Of a DNA stretch of 64,000 nucleotides, positions 33,866 through 44,100 are shown one piece after another (the first letter of the stretch is position 1; every line of letters begins with the position of its first letter). A model generated the notes under the pieces. It made no database searches, was not told the origin of the DNA, and saw only the letters and a program-made list of their open reading frames with translations. Position numbers and translations under genes: made by a program. Origin of the DNA: Candidatus Omnitrophica bacterium UBA6233 (GTDB taxonomy: Bacteria; Omnitrophota; Gorgyraeia; Gygaellales; Profunditerraquicolaceae); assembly GCA_002440965.1 (NCBI GenBank), contig DJWJ01000015.1, positions 34 through 64,033 on the forward strand. Direction: 5' to 3'.

Positions 33866-34621
33866 CTAGGCTAAAGCGGTTAACTTATTTAAAACCTTCT
33901 GCGATTTGAGTTCTTTTTCCAGATGAAAATTTAAAAAAGCGTTTAGGATAAGTTCTAGTTCCTTCTTGATCTGCGGGTTAAGTCCTAGATTAAGATTGTT
34001 TTTGAAATCATTTTTTTCTATATACAGTATTGAAGCAATTGTGCCTCTAAAAATCGAACGCGAGGCAGTATCTTTATGAAAGCAATTTTCACAAAGTAAT
34101 CCGCCTAAACTTAGGCTGAATTTTGATTGCCCCAGGATTCTGCTTGAACACGATACGCAGGAATCAAAGTGTGGTTTAAATCCGGAAAGAGCAAGCATTT
34201 TAATCTTGAAAATAGTCATAATCTTCTCCGGAGAGGAAGTTATTTCGAGCTCTTTTAGGCATTCAAGCGCCAGATTGAATACTTCCTCATTTTTATCTTC
34301 AGGCTGCATAACCGAAGCAATCAATTCTACCATGATTCCCATCATCCCCGCTTTCATTATACTCTTTCTTATATTAAAAAAATTATCCTTTAGGTCGCAG
34401 GCGCTTACCAGATGCAGTGAGGCGCCGGATTTCTTATAAAATATGACATCGTTATATGAAGATATCTCGACGGAACTGGCAAATTTCTTGGGATCTGTCC
34501 GGATACCTTTAAACAATCCGCTTAATTTGCCAAAATCCCGGGTATAAAAGTCCGCAATAAGAGAAGTTTCGCGGAAGTCCATTCTTCTTATGATTATTGC
34601 CTCGGTTTTATGGATTGGCAT
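33866..34621 (-). CDS. recO: DNA repair protein RecO
   Basis: OB-fold N-terminus 'EAIIIRRMDFRETSLI' and C-terminal Cys4 zinc motif 'CVSC...CENC'. Confidence 0.85.
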   Translation of the reverse strand: MPIHKTEAIIIRRMDFRETSLIADFYTRDFGKLSGLFKGIRTDPKKFASSVEISSYNDVIFYKKSGASLHLVSACDLKDNFFNIRKSIMKAGMMGIMVELIASVMQPEDKNEEVFNLALECLKELEITSSPEKIMTIFKIKMLALSGFKPHFDSCVSCSSRILGQSKFSLSLGGLLCENCFHKDTASRSIFRGTIASILYIEKNDFKNNLNLGLNPQIKKELELILNAFLNFHLEKELKSQKVLNKLTALA

Positions 34622-35027
34622 ATTCGGATTCTTTTTTGCGCATTATTTTCGCATTTCTCGGATTATTATCATTATAGCCTAATAAATGTAGACATCCGTG
34701 GGCAGAGTATAGGTTTAATTCATAAGGTAGGGAAGTTTGGTAAAGTTTGGAATTCCGCATAGCGGTTTCGGCCGATATAATTATATCGGCAATTATTGTT
34801 TTCCGGTTATCCGTTAAATTAAAAGCTAAAACGTCAGTAGGCCTATCTATATTCAGGTACTTGAGATTAAGCTTTGAGATTAATTTATCGGTTACAAATG
34901 AGACAGTTATTTCGCCTTCTTTTATGTTTTCGTTTTTGAAGGTTTTAAGGATTGTCTTTTTTATTTTCGCCGGAAAGATGGGAATTTTCTTTTGAAGGTT
35001 TCTTATGGTTATTTTCAATCCGTTCAC
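34608..35027 (-). CDS. ybeY: Endoribonuclease YbeY (rRNA maturation)
   Basis: 'PTDVLAF' and 'HGCLHLLGY' metal-site motifs. Confidence 0.85.
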   Translation of the reverse strand: MNGLKITIRNLQKKIPIFPAKIKKTILKTFKNENIKEGEITVSFVTDKLISKLNLKYLNIDRPTDVLAFNLTDNRKTIIADIIISAETAMRNSKLYQTSLPYELNLYSAHGCLHLLGYNDNNPRNAKIMRKKESEYANP

Positions 35028-36336
35028 TTTCAGGATAGCTTGTCCGGCTGTGGTGTATTCCGCAGAGCAGCCGGATAAAGACCGCTGAGATCTTTTCCAG
35101 GTCTTTAAGGGTTAACTCGCATTCATCAAGCTGGCCGTCGATAAATTTATTATTGATAATCTTATGTACCAATTCCCCGATTTTTCCGGGATTAGGCTCT
35201 TTTAACGAACGGGCAGCCGCTTCTACTGAATCCGCCAGTAATACTATGGCGGTTTCTTTGGTGTTTGGTTTTGGCCCGGGATAACGAAACCCCTCTTCTT
35301 CTACGTCCTGGTTCTCTTCTGTTTTTTCCAACGCCCGAAGATAGAAGTAATAAACCAGGCTATTCCCATGATGTTGACGGATAAAATCAATTAAGGGAGG
35401 GCTTAGCCTGTATTTTTTAGCCAGTTCTACTCCTTCTTTAACGTGATTCATAATTACCAGTTTGCTCATTGTTGGAGCTAAATCCCCATGTTTATTTTCT
35501 ATATTAGCTTGGTTTTCGCTAAAATATTCCGGTTTTTGAAGTTTCCCGATGTCATGGTAATAAGCGCCAATTCTGGCCAATAAGGCATTTGCTCCTACCG
35601 CTCGGCAGGCGTTTTCCGAGAGATTTCCGACGATTAAGCTGTGATGGTAGGTTCCGGGCGCCTCCTGAATCAAGCGTTGAAGAAGCGGGTGATGAAAATC
35701 GGCCAGTTCCAAAAGGCTGATATTAGTAGCGGTATTAAAAAGGTATTCAAAAACCGGTAAAACTCCGAGGACAATAATGCTTGAAACTATTCCATTTATA
35801 AAGAGAATAGTATGCCTTTCGATTGAAATTATTTGCAGGTGTTCCATAAAGATTAAAGTCAGGACTTGAAATACTGCTATCAGGATGCCGGCGCGGATAA
35901 GGGTATTGCGTTTACGCGCTCCCAGCACAAGAATACTAGAGACTATTCCGCTGGTTAAGGAAAGCACTGTTGTTTGCAAGGGGTATCCAGAGAAGGATGC
36001 AATCGTGACCGAAGAAGCCATGGTCATTAGCAAAGAAATCTCTAAATTTCCAAACAAAAGTGTTGTAAGCATTGGGACTATTGAAAAAGGAATGTAGTAT
36101 ATAGGAAAATTATGTTTAATCAGGATGTATCCGCTGGTAACTGCTGAAAGGTATAACAGGGTGAGATTTGGTAAACTGCAATTTTTTATCTTTAGATTTC
36201 TTAATTCCAGATAGATGCATAAAACTATGAGGAGTATGGCTATAGCTAGGTTAATTTGAGCGATATAGCTCAAAATTAGCACCAAGGCTCCTAGAATAAT
36301 TGATTTGAAACTAATCTTTTCGGTTAGCTTTGTCAT
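34945..36336 (-). CDS. 7TM receptor with intracellular HD/HDIG hydrolase domain (PgpH-like)
   Basis: Seven hydrophobic helices followed by 'HSLIVGNLSE...YYHDIGK' HD motifs. Confidence 0.75.
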   Translation of the reverse strand: MTKLTEKISFKSIILGALVLILSYIAQINLAIAILLIVLCIYLELRNLKIKNCSLPNLTLLYLSAVTSGYILIKHNFPIYYIPFSIVPMLTTLLFGNLEISLLMTMASSVTIASFSGYPLQTTVLSLTSGIVSSILVLGARKRNTLIRAGILIAVFQVLTLIFMEHLQIISIERHTILFINGIVSSIIVLGVLPVFEYLFNTATNISLLELADFHHPLLQRLIQEAPGTYHHSLIVGNLSENACRAVGANALLARIGAYYHDIGKLQKPEYFSENQANIENKHGDLAPTMSKLVIMNHVKEGVELAKKYRLSPPLIDFIRQHHGNSLVYYFYLRALEKTEENQDVEEEGFRYPGPKPNTKETAIVLLADSVEAAARSLKEPNPGKIGELVHKIINNKFIDGQLDECELTLKDLEKISAVFIRLLCGIHHSRTSYPESERIENNHKKPSKENSHLSGENKKDNP

Positions 36337-37267
36337 ATGCTTCGATAATCCTTTGAACCAAGGCGTGTCTTACTACATCGGCTCCGCTAAAACGGACAAA
36401 TTTAATTCCTTCGGTAGAGCTTAAAATATCTTGAGCCTGTAAAAGTCCGATTGGTTTGCCGTTAGGCAAGTCGCTTTGGGTTATGTCCCCGGTTATTACA
36501 GCTTTAGAATCAAAACCCAGGCGGGTCAGAAACATTTTCATTTGTTCGGCGGTGCAATTTTGCGCTTCGTCCAAAATGATAAAAGCGTCATTGAGAGTCC
36601 TTCCTCTCATATAGGCTAATGGGGCTACTTCAATAATTCCGGTTTCAATGTATTTTTCAATACGTTCCGCTTCCATCATATCATAGAGCGCGTCATATAA
36701 TGGTCTCAAATAAGGCAATATTTTTTCTTGCATATCACCCGGCAGGAACCCTAATGACTCGCCTGCTTCAATCGCCGGGCGCGTAAGTATTATCCTGCGC
36801 ACTTCCTGTTTTTTAAGGGCTTCGACCGCGCAAGTCATCGCCAAATATGTCTTTCCTGTTCCTGCCGGGCCGATACCGAAAACGATGTCATATTGTTTTA
36901 TTGCTTCTACGTATTCCCTTTGGCCGGTAGTCTTGGGTTCTATTTGTTTTCCGCTGGCAGCGCGTATTATACCGTTCTCTCGGATCTCTGGAGAATTTGT
37001 TCTTCCGGGAGTTTTAAAATTGGAAATTAGGCAGGTTAAATCCAACCCTTCTGTTTTTTGCTGGCCCAAACGATAAATATTTAGAATATGTTCGATAAGG
37101 CCGGAGACCTTTTTTATATTTGCTGCGGTTCCGCTTAATTTTAGATGCTCTCCGCGCAAGGTTAATTTCACTTTAAACTCTTTTTCAATTAGCTTAGCCT
37201 TGGCGTCCTGCAAGCCCAGGAGTTCTTGCGCTTCCAGATGAGTCTGTAATTTGATTATTTTATCCAT
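36311..37267 (-). CDS. phoH: PhoH-family ATPase
   Basis: Walker A 'GPAGTGKT', 'IILTRPAIEAGESLGFLPGD', 'IILDEAQN'. Confidence 0.9.
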   Translation of the reverse strand: MDKIIKLQTHLEAQELLGLQDAKAKLIEKEFKVKLTLRGEHLKLSGTAANIKKVSGLIEHILNIYRLGQQKTEGLDLTCLISNFKTPGRTNSPEIRENGIIRAASGKQIEPKTTGQREYVEAIKQYDIVFGIGPAGTGKTYLAMTCAVEALKKQEVRRIILTRPAIEAGESLGFLPGDMQEKILPYLRPLYDALYDMMEAERIEKYIETGIIEVAPLAYMRGRTLNDAFIILDEAQNCTAEQMKMFLTRLGFDSKAVITGDITQSDLPNGKPIGLLQAQDILSSTEGIKFVRFSGADVVRHALVQRIIEAYDKANRKD

Positions 37268-37275
37268 ATTTAGTT

Positions 37276-37350
37276 AGGGACGGTTCTCAACTCAAGGCAA
37301 AAGTGTCCCCTTAATAGGGACACTTTTAGCTTAGTTTGAGAACCGTCCCT
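37276..37350. repeat. GC-rich palindromic element, long form (copy of 26242-26316)
   Basis: AGGGACGGTTCTCAACTCAAGGC..GTGTCCCC-ttaat-AGGGACAC..GAGAACCGTCCCT. Confidence 0.8.
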
Positions 37351-37355
37351 GTTTC

Positions 37356-37925
37356 TTACTTAAGGTTTTCCTTTGGTTCGCTTAATGTCTCAGCAGCTGG
37401 TTTTGCTTCGCCGGTATCCGGTATATTGAGAGTTTGTCCGGGGTAGACCTTGTTCGGTCCCTTCAAGACATCTTTATTGGCATTATAGATTTTTGTCCAT
37501 TTTTTGGTCGTGCCGTAGAATTTCATGGATATTTTTTGCAGGGTATCATTTTTTTCTACGGTATATTTTTGGCCGGTTTTGTCAAGAGAGATATTTTGTT
37601 CCTCGGAAGCGGTTTCAACCGAGCCTGTGTTGCTGGTAATTTCATTAGAGCTTCCCATGCTTTGCGGTTGTGTAATAGGCGCGATGTCTACTTGTTTGGT
37701 TTTGTAAGATTTTCCGAGCTCGACTTCGAATACCCTAACTGTCCGTTCGGTTTTTCTTGGAGTCGTTTCTCCGGCTGGGGCTTTTCCGGTAATGTAACCG
37801 TGATTTCCACCGGTTAAGTCTTGATCAACCCTGTCTCTTGTCAAAGAATAGGTGCGGGTAACGCAACCCGATAAGACCAAAACCGAAGCCAAAACAATGA
37901 AACAAAGTAATTTTTTTGCCCTCAT
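37356..37925 (-). CDS. LysM-domain lipoprotein
   Basis: Lipobox 'VLSGC'; C-terminal LysM 'YTVEKNDTLQKISMKFYG...YPGQTLNIP'. Confidence 0.7.
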   Translation of the reverse strand: MRAKKLLCFIVLASVLVLSGCVTRTYSLTRDRVDQDLTGGNHGYITGKAPAGETTPRKTERTVRVFEVELGKSYKTKQVDIAPITQPQSMGSSNEITSNTGSVETASEEQNISLDKTGQKYTVEKNDTLQKISMKFYGTTKKWTKIYNANKDVLKGPNKVYPGQTLNIPDTGEAKPAAETLSEPKENLK

Positions 37926-39316
37926 TTTACTGCCTCCTTTTTAACGGCTAAATTCAATTCCTTTAATTGTTTTTCATCTACATCCGAAGGCGCGCTAGTT
38001 AACGGACAAACTCCCGCGCTCGTCTTGGGAAAAGTTATTACTTCCCTTATGCTTGATTCATTGCTTAAGATGCTTAATAGCCTATCTATGCCAAATGCGA
38101 ATCCTCCGTGAGGAGGGGCGCCGAATTGAAAAGCTTCCAGAAGAAAACCGAAACGAAGCTTGGCGTTTTCTCTATCAATGCCGATGATCTTGAATATTTT
38201 CTCCTGCAGCTCTTGGTCATGAATTCTTATCGAACCCGACCCCAGCTCCATTCCGTTTAGAACTAGGTCGTAAGAACGAGATTTTACTTTATCCGGAGTT
38301 TTATCCAGATTCTCCAGGTCGGTTTCTTCCGGCGCGGTAAAAGGATGATGTTCGCTCTCCCAGCGTTTTTCCTCTTTATTGTATTTGAACAAAGGAAAAC
38401 CCACTATCCAGGCAAACGCAAAATCGGAATTGAAATCTTTGCGCAAATCCGGTTTATCTGTTTTATATTTTTCCTGCGCTTCGTTAAATGAAATACGCGG
38501 GAATGGGATTTTTAATTCGATCCCCTTGAGTTCTTTAAAAATCCTGAACATTAATTCTTCGATTAGGCTATAAATATCCTCTTCGTTAATAAAGGACATT
38601 TCTAAATCTAATTGGGTAAATTCCGGTTGGCGGTCAGCCCTCAAGTCTTCATCACGGAAACATTTTGCAATTTGATAATAACGTTCAATTCCGGCAACCA
38701 TCAATATCTGTTTGAATAATTGCGGTGATTGCGGAAGAGCGTAGAATTTTCCGGGATTGAGCCTTGAAGGGACAAGATAGTCGCGAGCTCCTTCCGGAGT
38801 GGATTTTGTAAGTATAGGCGTTTCGCATTCGATGAATTTTTGCGAATCAAGATATGAGCGTATAATTTTATAAAGATTGCTTCTTAATAGAAGGTTATCA
38901 AAAGGTTTTTTTCGTCTTAAGTCAAGATAGCGGTATTTAAGCCGGGCCTCTTCGGTAACGTCCAGATTGTCTATGATTTCAAATGGCGGATTGGCGCTGG
39001 GGTTTAGGATTTCCAAACCTTTTGCCAAAATTTCGATTTCTCCTGTGTTTAATTTGGGATTAATAGTTCCTTGCGGCCGTTTATTTACCTTGCCGGTAAG
39101 CTTAATGACGAACTCGGCTCTTAAATCCTGAGCTAGTTTATAAGCGTCCCCTGATTCTTTGGGGATAAAAACAACCTGAGTAAAACCGTTCCGGTCGCGA
39201 ATATCGATAAAAATGAGCTTACCGTGGTCGCGTCTTCTGGCTACCCAGCCGCATAGCGTAACCTCTTTGTCCAGATCTTTGGTGGTTAATTCTCCGCAAG
39301 TGTGTGTTCTAAGCAT
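37922..39316 (-). CDS. aspS: Aspartate--tRNA ligase, short form lacking the GAD insertion
   Basis: 'CFRDEDLRADRQPEFTQLDLEMSF' bacterial-type motif. Only about 465 aa after discarding the first 21 ORF-track codons, which are encoded by the AT-rich repeat. Confidence 0.8.
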   Translation of the reverse strand: MLRTHTCGELTTKDLDKEVTLCGWVARRRDHGKLIFIDIRDRNGFTQVVFIPKESGDAYKLAQDLRAEFVIKLTGKVNKRPQGTINPKLNTGEIEILAKGLEILNPSANPPFEIIDNLDVTEEARLKYRYLDLRRKKPFDNLLLRSNLYKIIRSYLDSQKFIECETPILTKSTPEGARDYLVPSRLNPGKFYALPQSPQLFKQILMVAGIERYYQIAKCFRDEDLRADRQPEFTQLDLEMSFINEEDIYSLIEELMFRIFKELKGIELKIPFPRISFNEAQEKYKTDKPDLRKDFNSDFAFAWIVGFPLFKYNKEEKRWESEHHPFTAPEETDLENLDKTPDKVKSRSYDLVLNGMELGSGSIRIHDQELQEKIFKIIGIDRENAKLRFGFLLEAFQFGAPPHGGFAFGIDRLLSILSNESSIREVITFPKTSAGVCPLTSAPSDVDEKQLKELNLAVKKEAVK

Positions 39317-39335
39317 AGTAATAATTATGTTAATG

Positions 39336-39485
39336 TAAAATGTCCAAATCCAAATGACAAATGAAATCCAAAATCCCAATGTTAAATATCAAAACAACAG
39401 TTTTGTTATTTGGAATTTGACATTTGCCTGCCTGCCGGACAGGCAGGGATTTATTTTGGATTTTGAGTTTTGTCATTTGTCATTA
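39336..39485. repeat. AT-rich imperfect-palindrome repeat (CAAAATCCAAA / AAATGACAAA word family) with central GC hairpin CCTGCCTG-ccgga-CAGGCAGG
   Basis: Arms 'tccaaatccaaatgacaaatgaaatccaaaatcc' and 'ggattttggattttgagttttgtcatttgtca'; related copies at 44628, 49391, 50669, 60939. Confidence 0.7.
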
Positions 39486-40713
39486 ATTCGTTTATAAGTT
39501 TTTCTGCTTTAACTTCTCTTTGTTCGCCGCTAATCATATCTTTTAGAGTAATAGTGCCTTTTTCAATTTCATTATCTCCGATAATCAGGACTATGTGCGC
39601 TCCTAAATCATTTGCTTTGCGCATAGCCCCTTTTAAAGATTTGTCTTCGTAATTAGTATCGCAGGCGACTCCGTTTTTACGCAATTCATTCAATATCCCC
39701 AATCCTTCTAATTTTGCGGGTTCGCCCAAAGTTATCAAATAAACCGGGTTTTCTCTTTGAGTTTTGGCATTTTCCCTTTGGGCCAGCATTAATCTTTCTA
39801 CGCCGAAGGCAAAACCGATAGCGCCAACCTGCGGACCACCCAGCTCTTTAGTCAAATTGTTATACCGTCCTCCTGCGCCAATAGCGTCTTGAGCGCCTAA
39901 GCTTTTTTGCGATATTTCAAAGACTGTTCCTGTGTAATAATCCAGTCCTCTGACAAGATGCGGGTTGATTTCATAAGCTATTCTTAAGAAATCCAACCCG
40001 TTTTTAACTTTATTAAAATGCTCTTTACAGTCTTGGCAAAGATAACTTTCAGAAATATTTATTTCGGAAACAATTCTCTTACACGTATCGTTTTTGCAAT
40101 CCAAAATTCGTAAAGGATTGTTCTCGAATCTGGTTGTGCATTCGGGGCAAAGGTTTTCCAATTTTTCCGCAAGGCTCGTTTTCAGTATTTCTACCAGTTT
40201 CTTTTTATCAGACTCGCAACCAAGGCTATTAATTCTTATTTTATAGTTTTCTATAGAGAAATTGCGTAATAGATTATCGGCTAAAGAGATAATCTCGACG
40301 TCAAGGTTAGCGTCCTGAGAACCGATTGCTTCGCAGCCTATATGGTGAAATTGCCGCAATCTGCCTTTTTGAGGCCGTTCCAGCCTGAACATCGGTCCAA
40401 TGTAGTATAATTTTACAAAACCGCTTGTTTTATCGAGATTATTTTCGATATAGGCGCGCACGATTGAGGCAGTCCCTTCCGGCCTAAGCGCGTAGGTTTC
40501 ATCTTTATTGTTTATGAGAAACATCTGTTTTTGGACGATTTCAGCGGTTTCGCCTAAAGAACGGTTGAATAATGCTGCTTCTTCGATTAAAGGAGGACGA
40601 ATCTCTTTGAAATTATACAGAGAAAAAGTATTGCGGCTGATTTCTTCCAGGTGTTGCCAGATGGATATTTCTTCCGGCAGGATATCCTTTGTTCCAGATA
40701 CTCTTTTAAACAT
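39451..40713 (-). CDS. hisS: Histidine--tRNA ligase
   Basis: 'MFKRVSGTKDILPEE...' class II HisRS motifs and anticodon-binding domain. The final ~10 codons ('MTNDKTQNPK') lie within the AT-rich repeat. Confidence 0.9.
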   Translation of the reverse strand: MFKRVSGTKDILPEEISIWQHLEEISRNTFSLYNFKEIRPPLIEEAALFNRSLGETAEIVQKQMFLINNKDETYALRPEGTASIVRAYIENNLDKTSGFVKLYYIGPMFRLERPQKGRLRQFHHIGCEAIGSQDANLDVEIISLADNLLRNFSIENYKIRINSLGCESDKKKLVEILKTSLAEKLENLCPECTTRFENNPLRILDCKNDTCKRIVSEINISESYLCQDCKEHFNKVKNGLDFLRIAYEINPHLVRGLDYYTGTVFEISQKSLGAQDAIGAGGRYNNLTKELGGPQVGAIGFAFGVERLMLAQRENAKTQRENPVYLITLGEPAKLEGLGILNELRKNGVACDTNYEDKSLKGAMRKANDLGAHIVLIIGDNEIEKGTITLKDMISGEQREVKAEKLINELMTNDKTQNPK

Positions 40714-40791
40714 TTAAATTTTTAGTAGGTAGTATTTAGTATGTAGGTTCATTCTACCTGCTGCCTACTATCTACTAACTACTCTATTTCT

Positions 40792-41064
40792 CTATTTTAC
40801 CTTTTGTTTCATCTCTAAGCCGGATTTAAAAACAACCACTTTTCTCGGCGGGACAGGGATGATCTGATTAGTGCGTGGATTCCTACCTGTGCGGCTTTTT
40901 CTTTGTTTAATTTTAAAAACTCCGAAATTACGCAGTTCTATTTTTTCTCCCCTGATTAGCGCTTCAATTATACAATCAAAGGTTTTTTGGACTACGAGTT
41001 TGACATCTATCTGTTTTAAACCGGTTTCATCAGCGACTTTTAAAATAATGTCTTTTTTGGTCAT
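40792..41064 (-). CDS. hup: HU/IHF-family DNA-binding protein
   Basis: 'MTKKDIILKVADETGLKQIDVKLVVQKTFDCI...GEKIELRNFGVFKIKQRKSRTGRNPRT'. The upstream 20 ORF-track codons are a likely extension. Confidence 0.85.
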   Translation of the reverse strand: MTKKDIILKVADETGLKQIDVKLVVQKTFDCIIEALIRGEKIELRNFGVFKIKQRKSRTGRNPRTNQIIPVPPRKVVVFKSGLEMKQKVK

Positions 41065-41182
41065 TTTTTTATCCTCCCTGCCTATTTGAATAGGCGGCTT
41101 ATTTGCTAAATATAATAACAGCAAAAAGTTACGATGTCAAGGTTAAAGTTTTTTAAGACCGATTTTAATGAAAACAGGGCAA

Positions 41183-44100
41183 TTATAGGGTAAGAGATAG
41201 GCGTTTTTCTCCTAAAAGTTCCTCGATATCTTTAATCAGTTTTTCGGAAGGCGACACATAAAATCCCTCGCCAACAACCAGTTGAACCCTGGATTTTGCC
41301 GGCGTATCTAGATTAAGATATATGGGGATGTTGCCTCTTGAAGCGGCAAGCAATCCTTTTAGCGTATCGAAAACATTTTCCTTTAGCCCCGAGAGATTAA
41401 TGCTCATCGCGGTAATGAGTTTATATATTTCATCGAATGGGAAAAGGTCATCAACGATGATTTTAGGCGTGTCTTCCTTTAAATTCAATATACCTTTTAC
41501 CATGACTACGCTATTTGGTTGGATGTAGCGCGAAACTTTTTGAAACGCCCGCGGGAAAACCAGCAATTCTACCGAACCATCCAGATCCTCTAATTTCAAT
41601 ATGGCCATTTTTTCCTGTTTGGCCCGGGTCATTGTGTGTTTAACTTTAGAAATTAACCCGACGACTTTTATTTCATCTTCGTTTTTATGCTGATGTAAAT
41701 CATTAATTGAAGACGAAATAAATCGTTTTAATTGCCGGGCATAGCGGGCCAAAGGATGTCCGCTTACATAAAATCCAAGCATATCCTTTTCAAAAGCCAA
41801 TAGTTGTGATTCCGGCCATTCATGAATTTGGGGCATTTCATTGGTAATTTTTTTAAAGCCATTCGAGGTTAGGCCTTGGTCAAAGAATGAAAGCTGCCCC
41901 TTGGCTTTTTCTTTTTGGCTGCGCGAGGCTGCTTCCAGTATTGAATCCAAAGAAGCAAACATTTTGGCGCGGGCCATTTTAAAGGAATCCAAGGCTCCGC
42001 ATTTTATCAGGCTTTCTAAAACCTTGCGGTTAGCTAAGCGCAGGTCAATTTTTTGGCATAAGTCTTCCAATGAAGCAAATCTTCCGGATTTCCTGGCTTC
42101 GACGATAGATTCAACCGCGCCAACCCCCACATTTTTAATCGCCAGCATTCCAAATCTTATTGATTCTCTGTCTACTACTTTAAATAAAGCGTCGCTTTCA
42201 TTTATATCCGGAGGTAAAACCGCCATACCCATACGTTCTGCCTCAGCCACATATTCGACTATTTTATCCGTGTTATCGCGTTCTGATGTAAGCAGCGCGG
42301 TCATAAACTCAACCGGATAATTGGCTTTTAAGTAAGCAGTGCGGTAAGAAATCAAGGCGTAGGCGGTAGAATGCGATTTATTGAATCCATAACCGGAAAA
42401 ATATTCTATCAGGTCGAAAATCTTTGTTGCGGTTGATTCTTTTATTCCGTTTTTAACACAGCCGTGGATAAAATTGCTCCTCTGTTTTTCCATAACTTCA
42501 GGGATCTTTTTACCCATAGCTTTACGCAAGATATCGGCTTGGGCAAGGCTGAATCCCCCTAATAAAGAAGCAATTTGCATAATCTGTTCCTGATAAACCA
42601 TAATGCCGTAAGTTTCTTTGAGCACAGGTTGGAGTTTAGGATGTTCGTATTTAATCGGGATAAGGTTATGCTTACGTTTCATAAAATCATTAAGCATCCC
42701 TGAACCGATCGGCCCTGGGCGGTATAATGCGAGCAAGGCGATCAAGTCTTCAAAACGTTCAGGTTCCAGTTTTTTCAACAAATCGCGCATTCCTGAACTT
42801 TCAACTTGAAAAACCCCCATGGTATGAGCTGAAGCCAGGAGTTTATAGGTATTTTTGTCGTCCAGGGGAAGTTTTTGGATCTGCAGGCCTATATTCCGTG
42901 TTTCTTTGATTATTTTTACAGCTTGATCAATTACGGTCAGGGTTCTTAAACCCAGGAAATCCACCTTAAGCAGTCCGATTTTTTCCAGGATGCCCATACT
43001 GAATCCGGTGGTTATTTGGTCGTCAGTGGTCTTAAATAGCGGGCTGTAATTATCCAGAGGTTTATCCGCGATTACAACTCCGGCAGCGTGCACTGAAGCG
43101 TGGCGGTTTAAACCTTCCAGGACTAACCCTGTGGTAATAAGTTTGGTGACTTCCGGATCGTTTTTATAAAGATTGTTTAACTCAGGTTCGCTCTCCAGTG
43201 CTTTTTTAAGAGTCATATCAAGTTCAGGCGGGATCAATTTAGCGATTCTATCAACATCAGCGTAGCTCATTCCCATAACCCGGCCAACATCGCGCACAAC
43301 GCCGCGCGCCTGCATTGTTCCGAAAGTAATGATCTGGGCAACGTTCTCCTGCCCGTATTTTTGGGTAACATATTCAATGACTTCCTGCCTTCTTTCGTAG
43401 CAGAAGTCAATATCAATATCCGGTAAACCCATTCTTTCCGGGTTTAAAAATCTTTCAAAGAGGAGCCCGTATTTTAAGGGATCTAAATCAGTAATTCCGA
43501 GGAGATAGCTCACTAAGCTTCCAGCTGCCGAGCCTCTTCCCGGTCCAACCGGTATGCCTTTACTCTTGGCGTAATGGATAAAATCCCAGACAATCAGAAA
43601 GTAACTGACAAAACCCATATTCTGAATAATTTTAAGTTCATATTCAAGCCGATCGTTGATTTCTTTGCTCACATTTTCATATTTTTCTTTGAGCCCTTTT
43701 TCGCAAAGTTCCTTAAGATATTCTTCTTTTGTTTTTCCTACAGGAGCTTCATATTTAGGCAAGTGAACTTTTTTGAAGTCCAGTTCCAAATTGCAGCGGG
43801 AAGCTATTTCGCAGGTATTGGAGATAGCTTCAGGTGTTTCTTTGAAAAGTGTTTTCATCTCTTGCGGTGATTTGAAATAAAACTCATCAGTTTGAAAACG
43901 CATCCGGTTAGGGTCATCTAAAGTAGTTTGAGTCTGGATGCATAGAAGCGCTTCGTGGGATGCCGCTCTATCGCGGGTCAGGTAATGCACGTCGTTTGTA
44001 GCGACTAAAGGCAAGTTCAATTCTTTGGAAATTTTAATCAATCCTTCATTGACGATTTTTTGATCAGGGATGGAATTCTCCTGGATTTCCAGGTAAAAAT

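Noticed and set aside
34945-35027. 83-nt overlap between the ybeY start and the 3' end of the HD-7TM gene, considered as a possible frameshift or fusion
   Set aside because: Both frames are intact and each protein aligns to its family over full length. The overlap is likely genuine, or ybeY may use a downstream non-ATG start. Nothing anomalous could be established from sequence alone.
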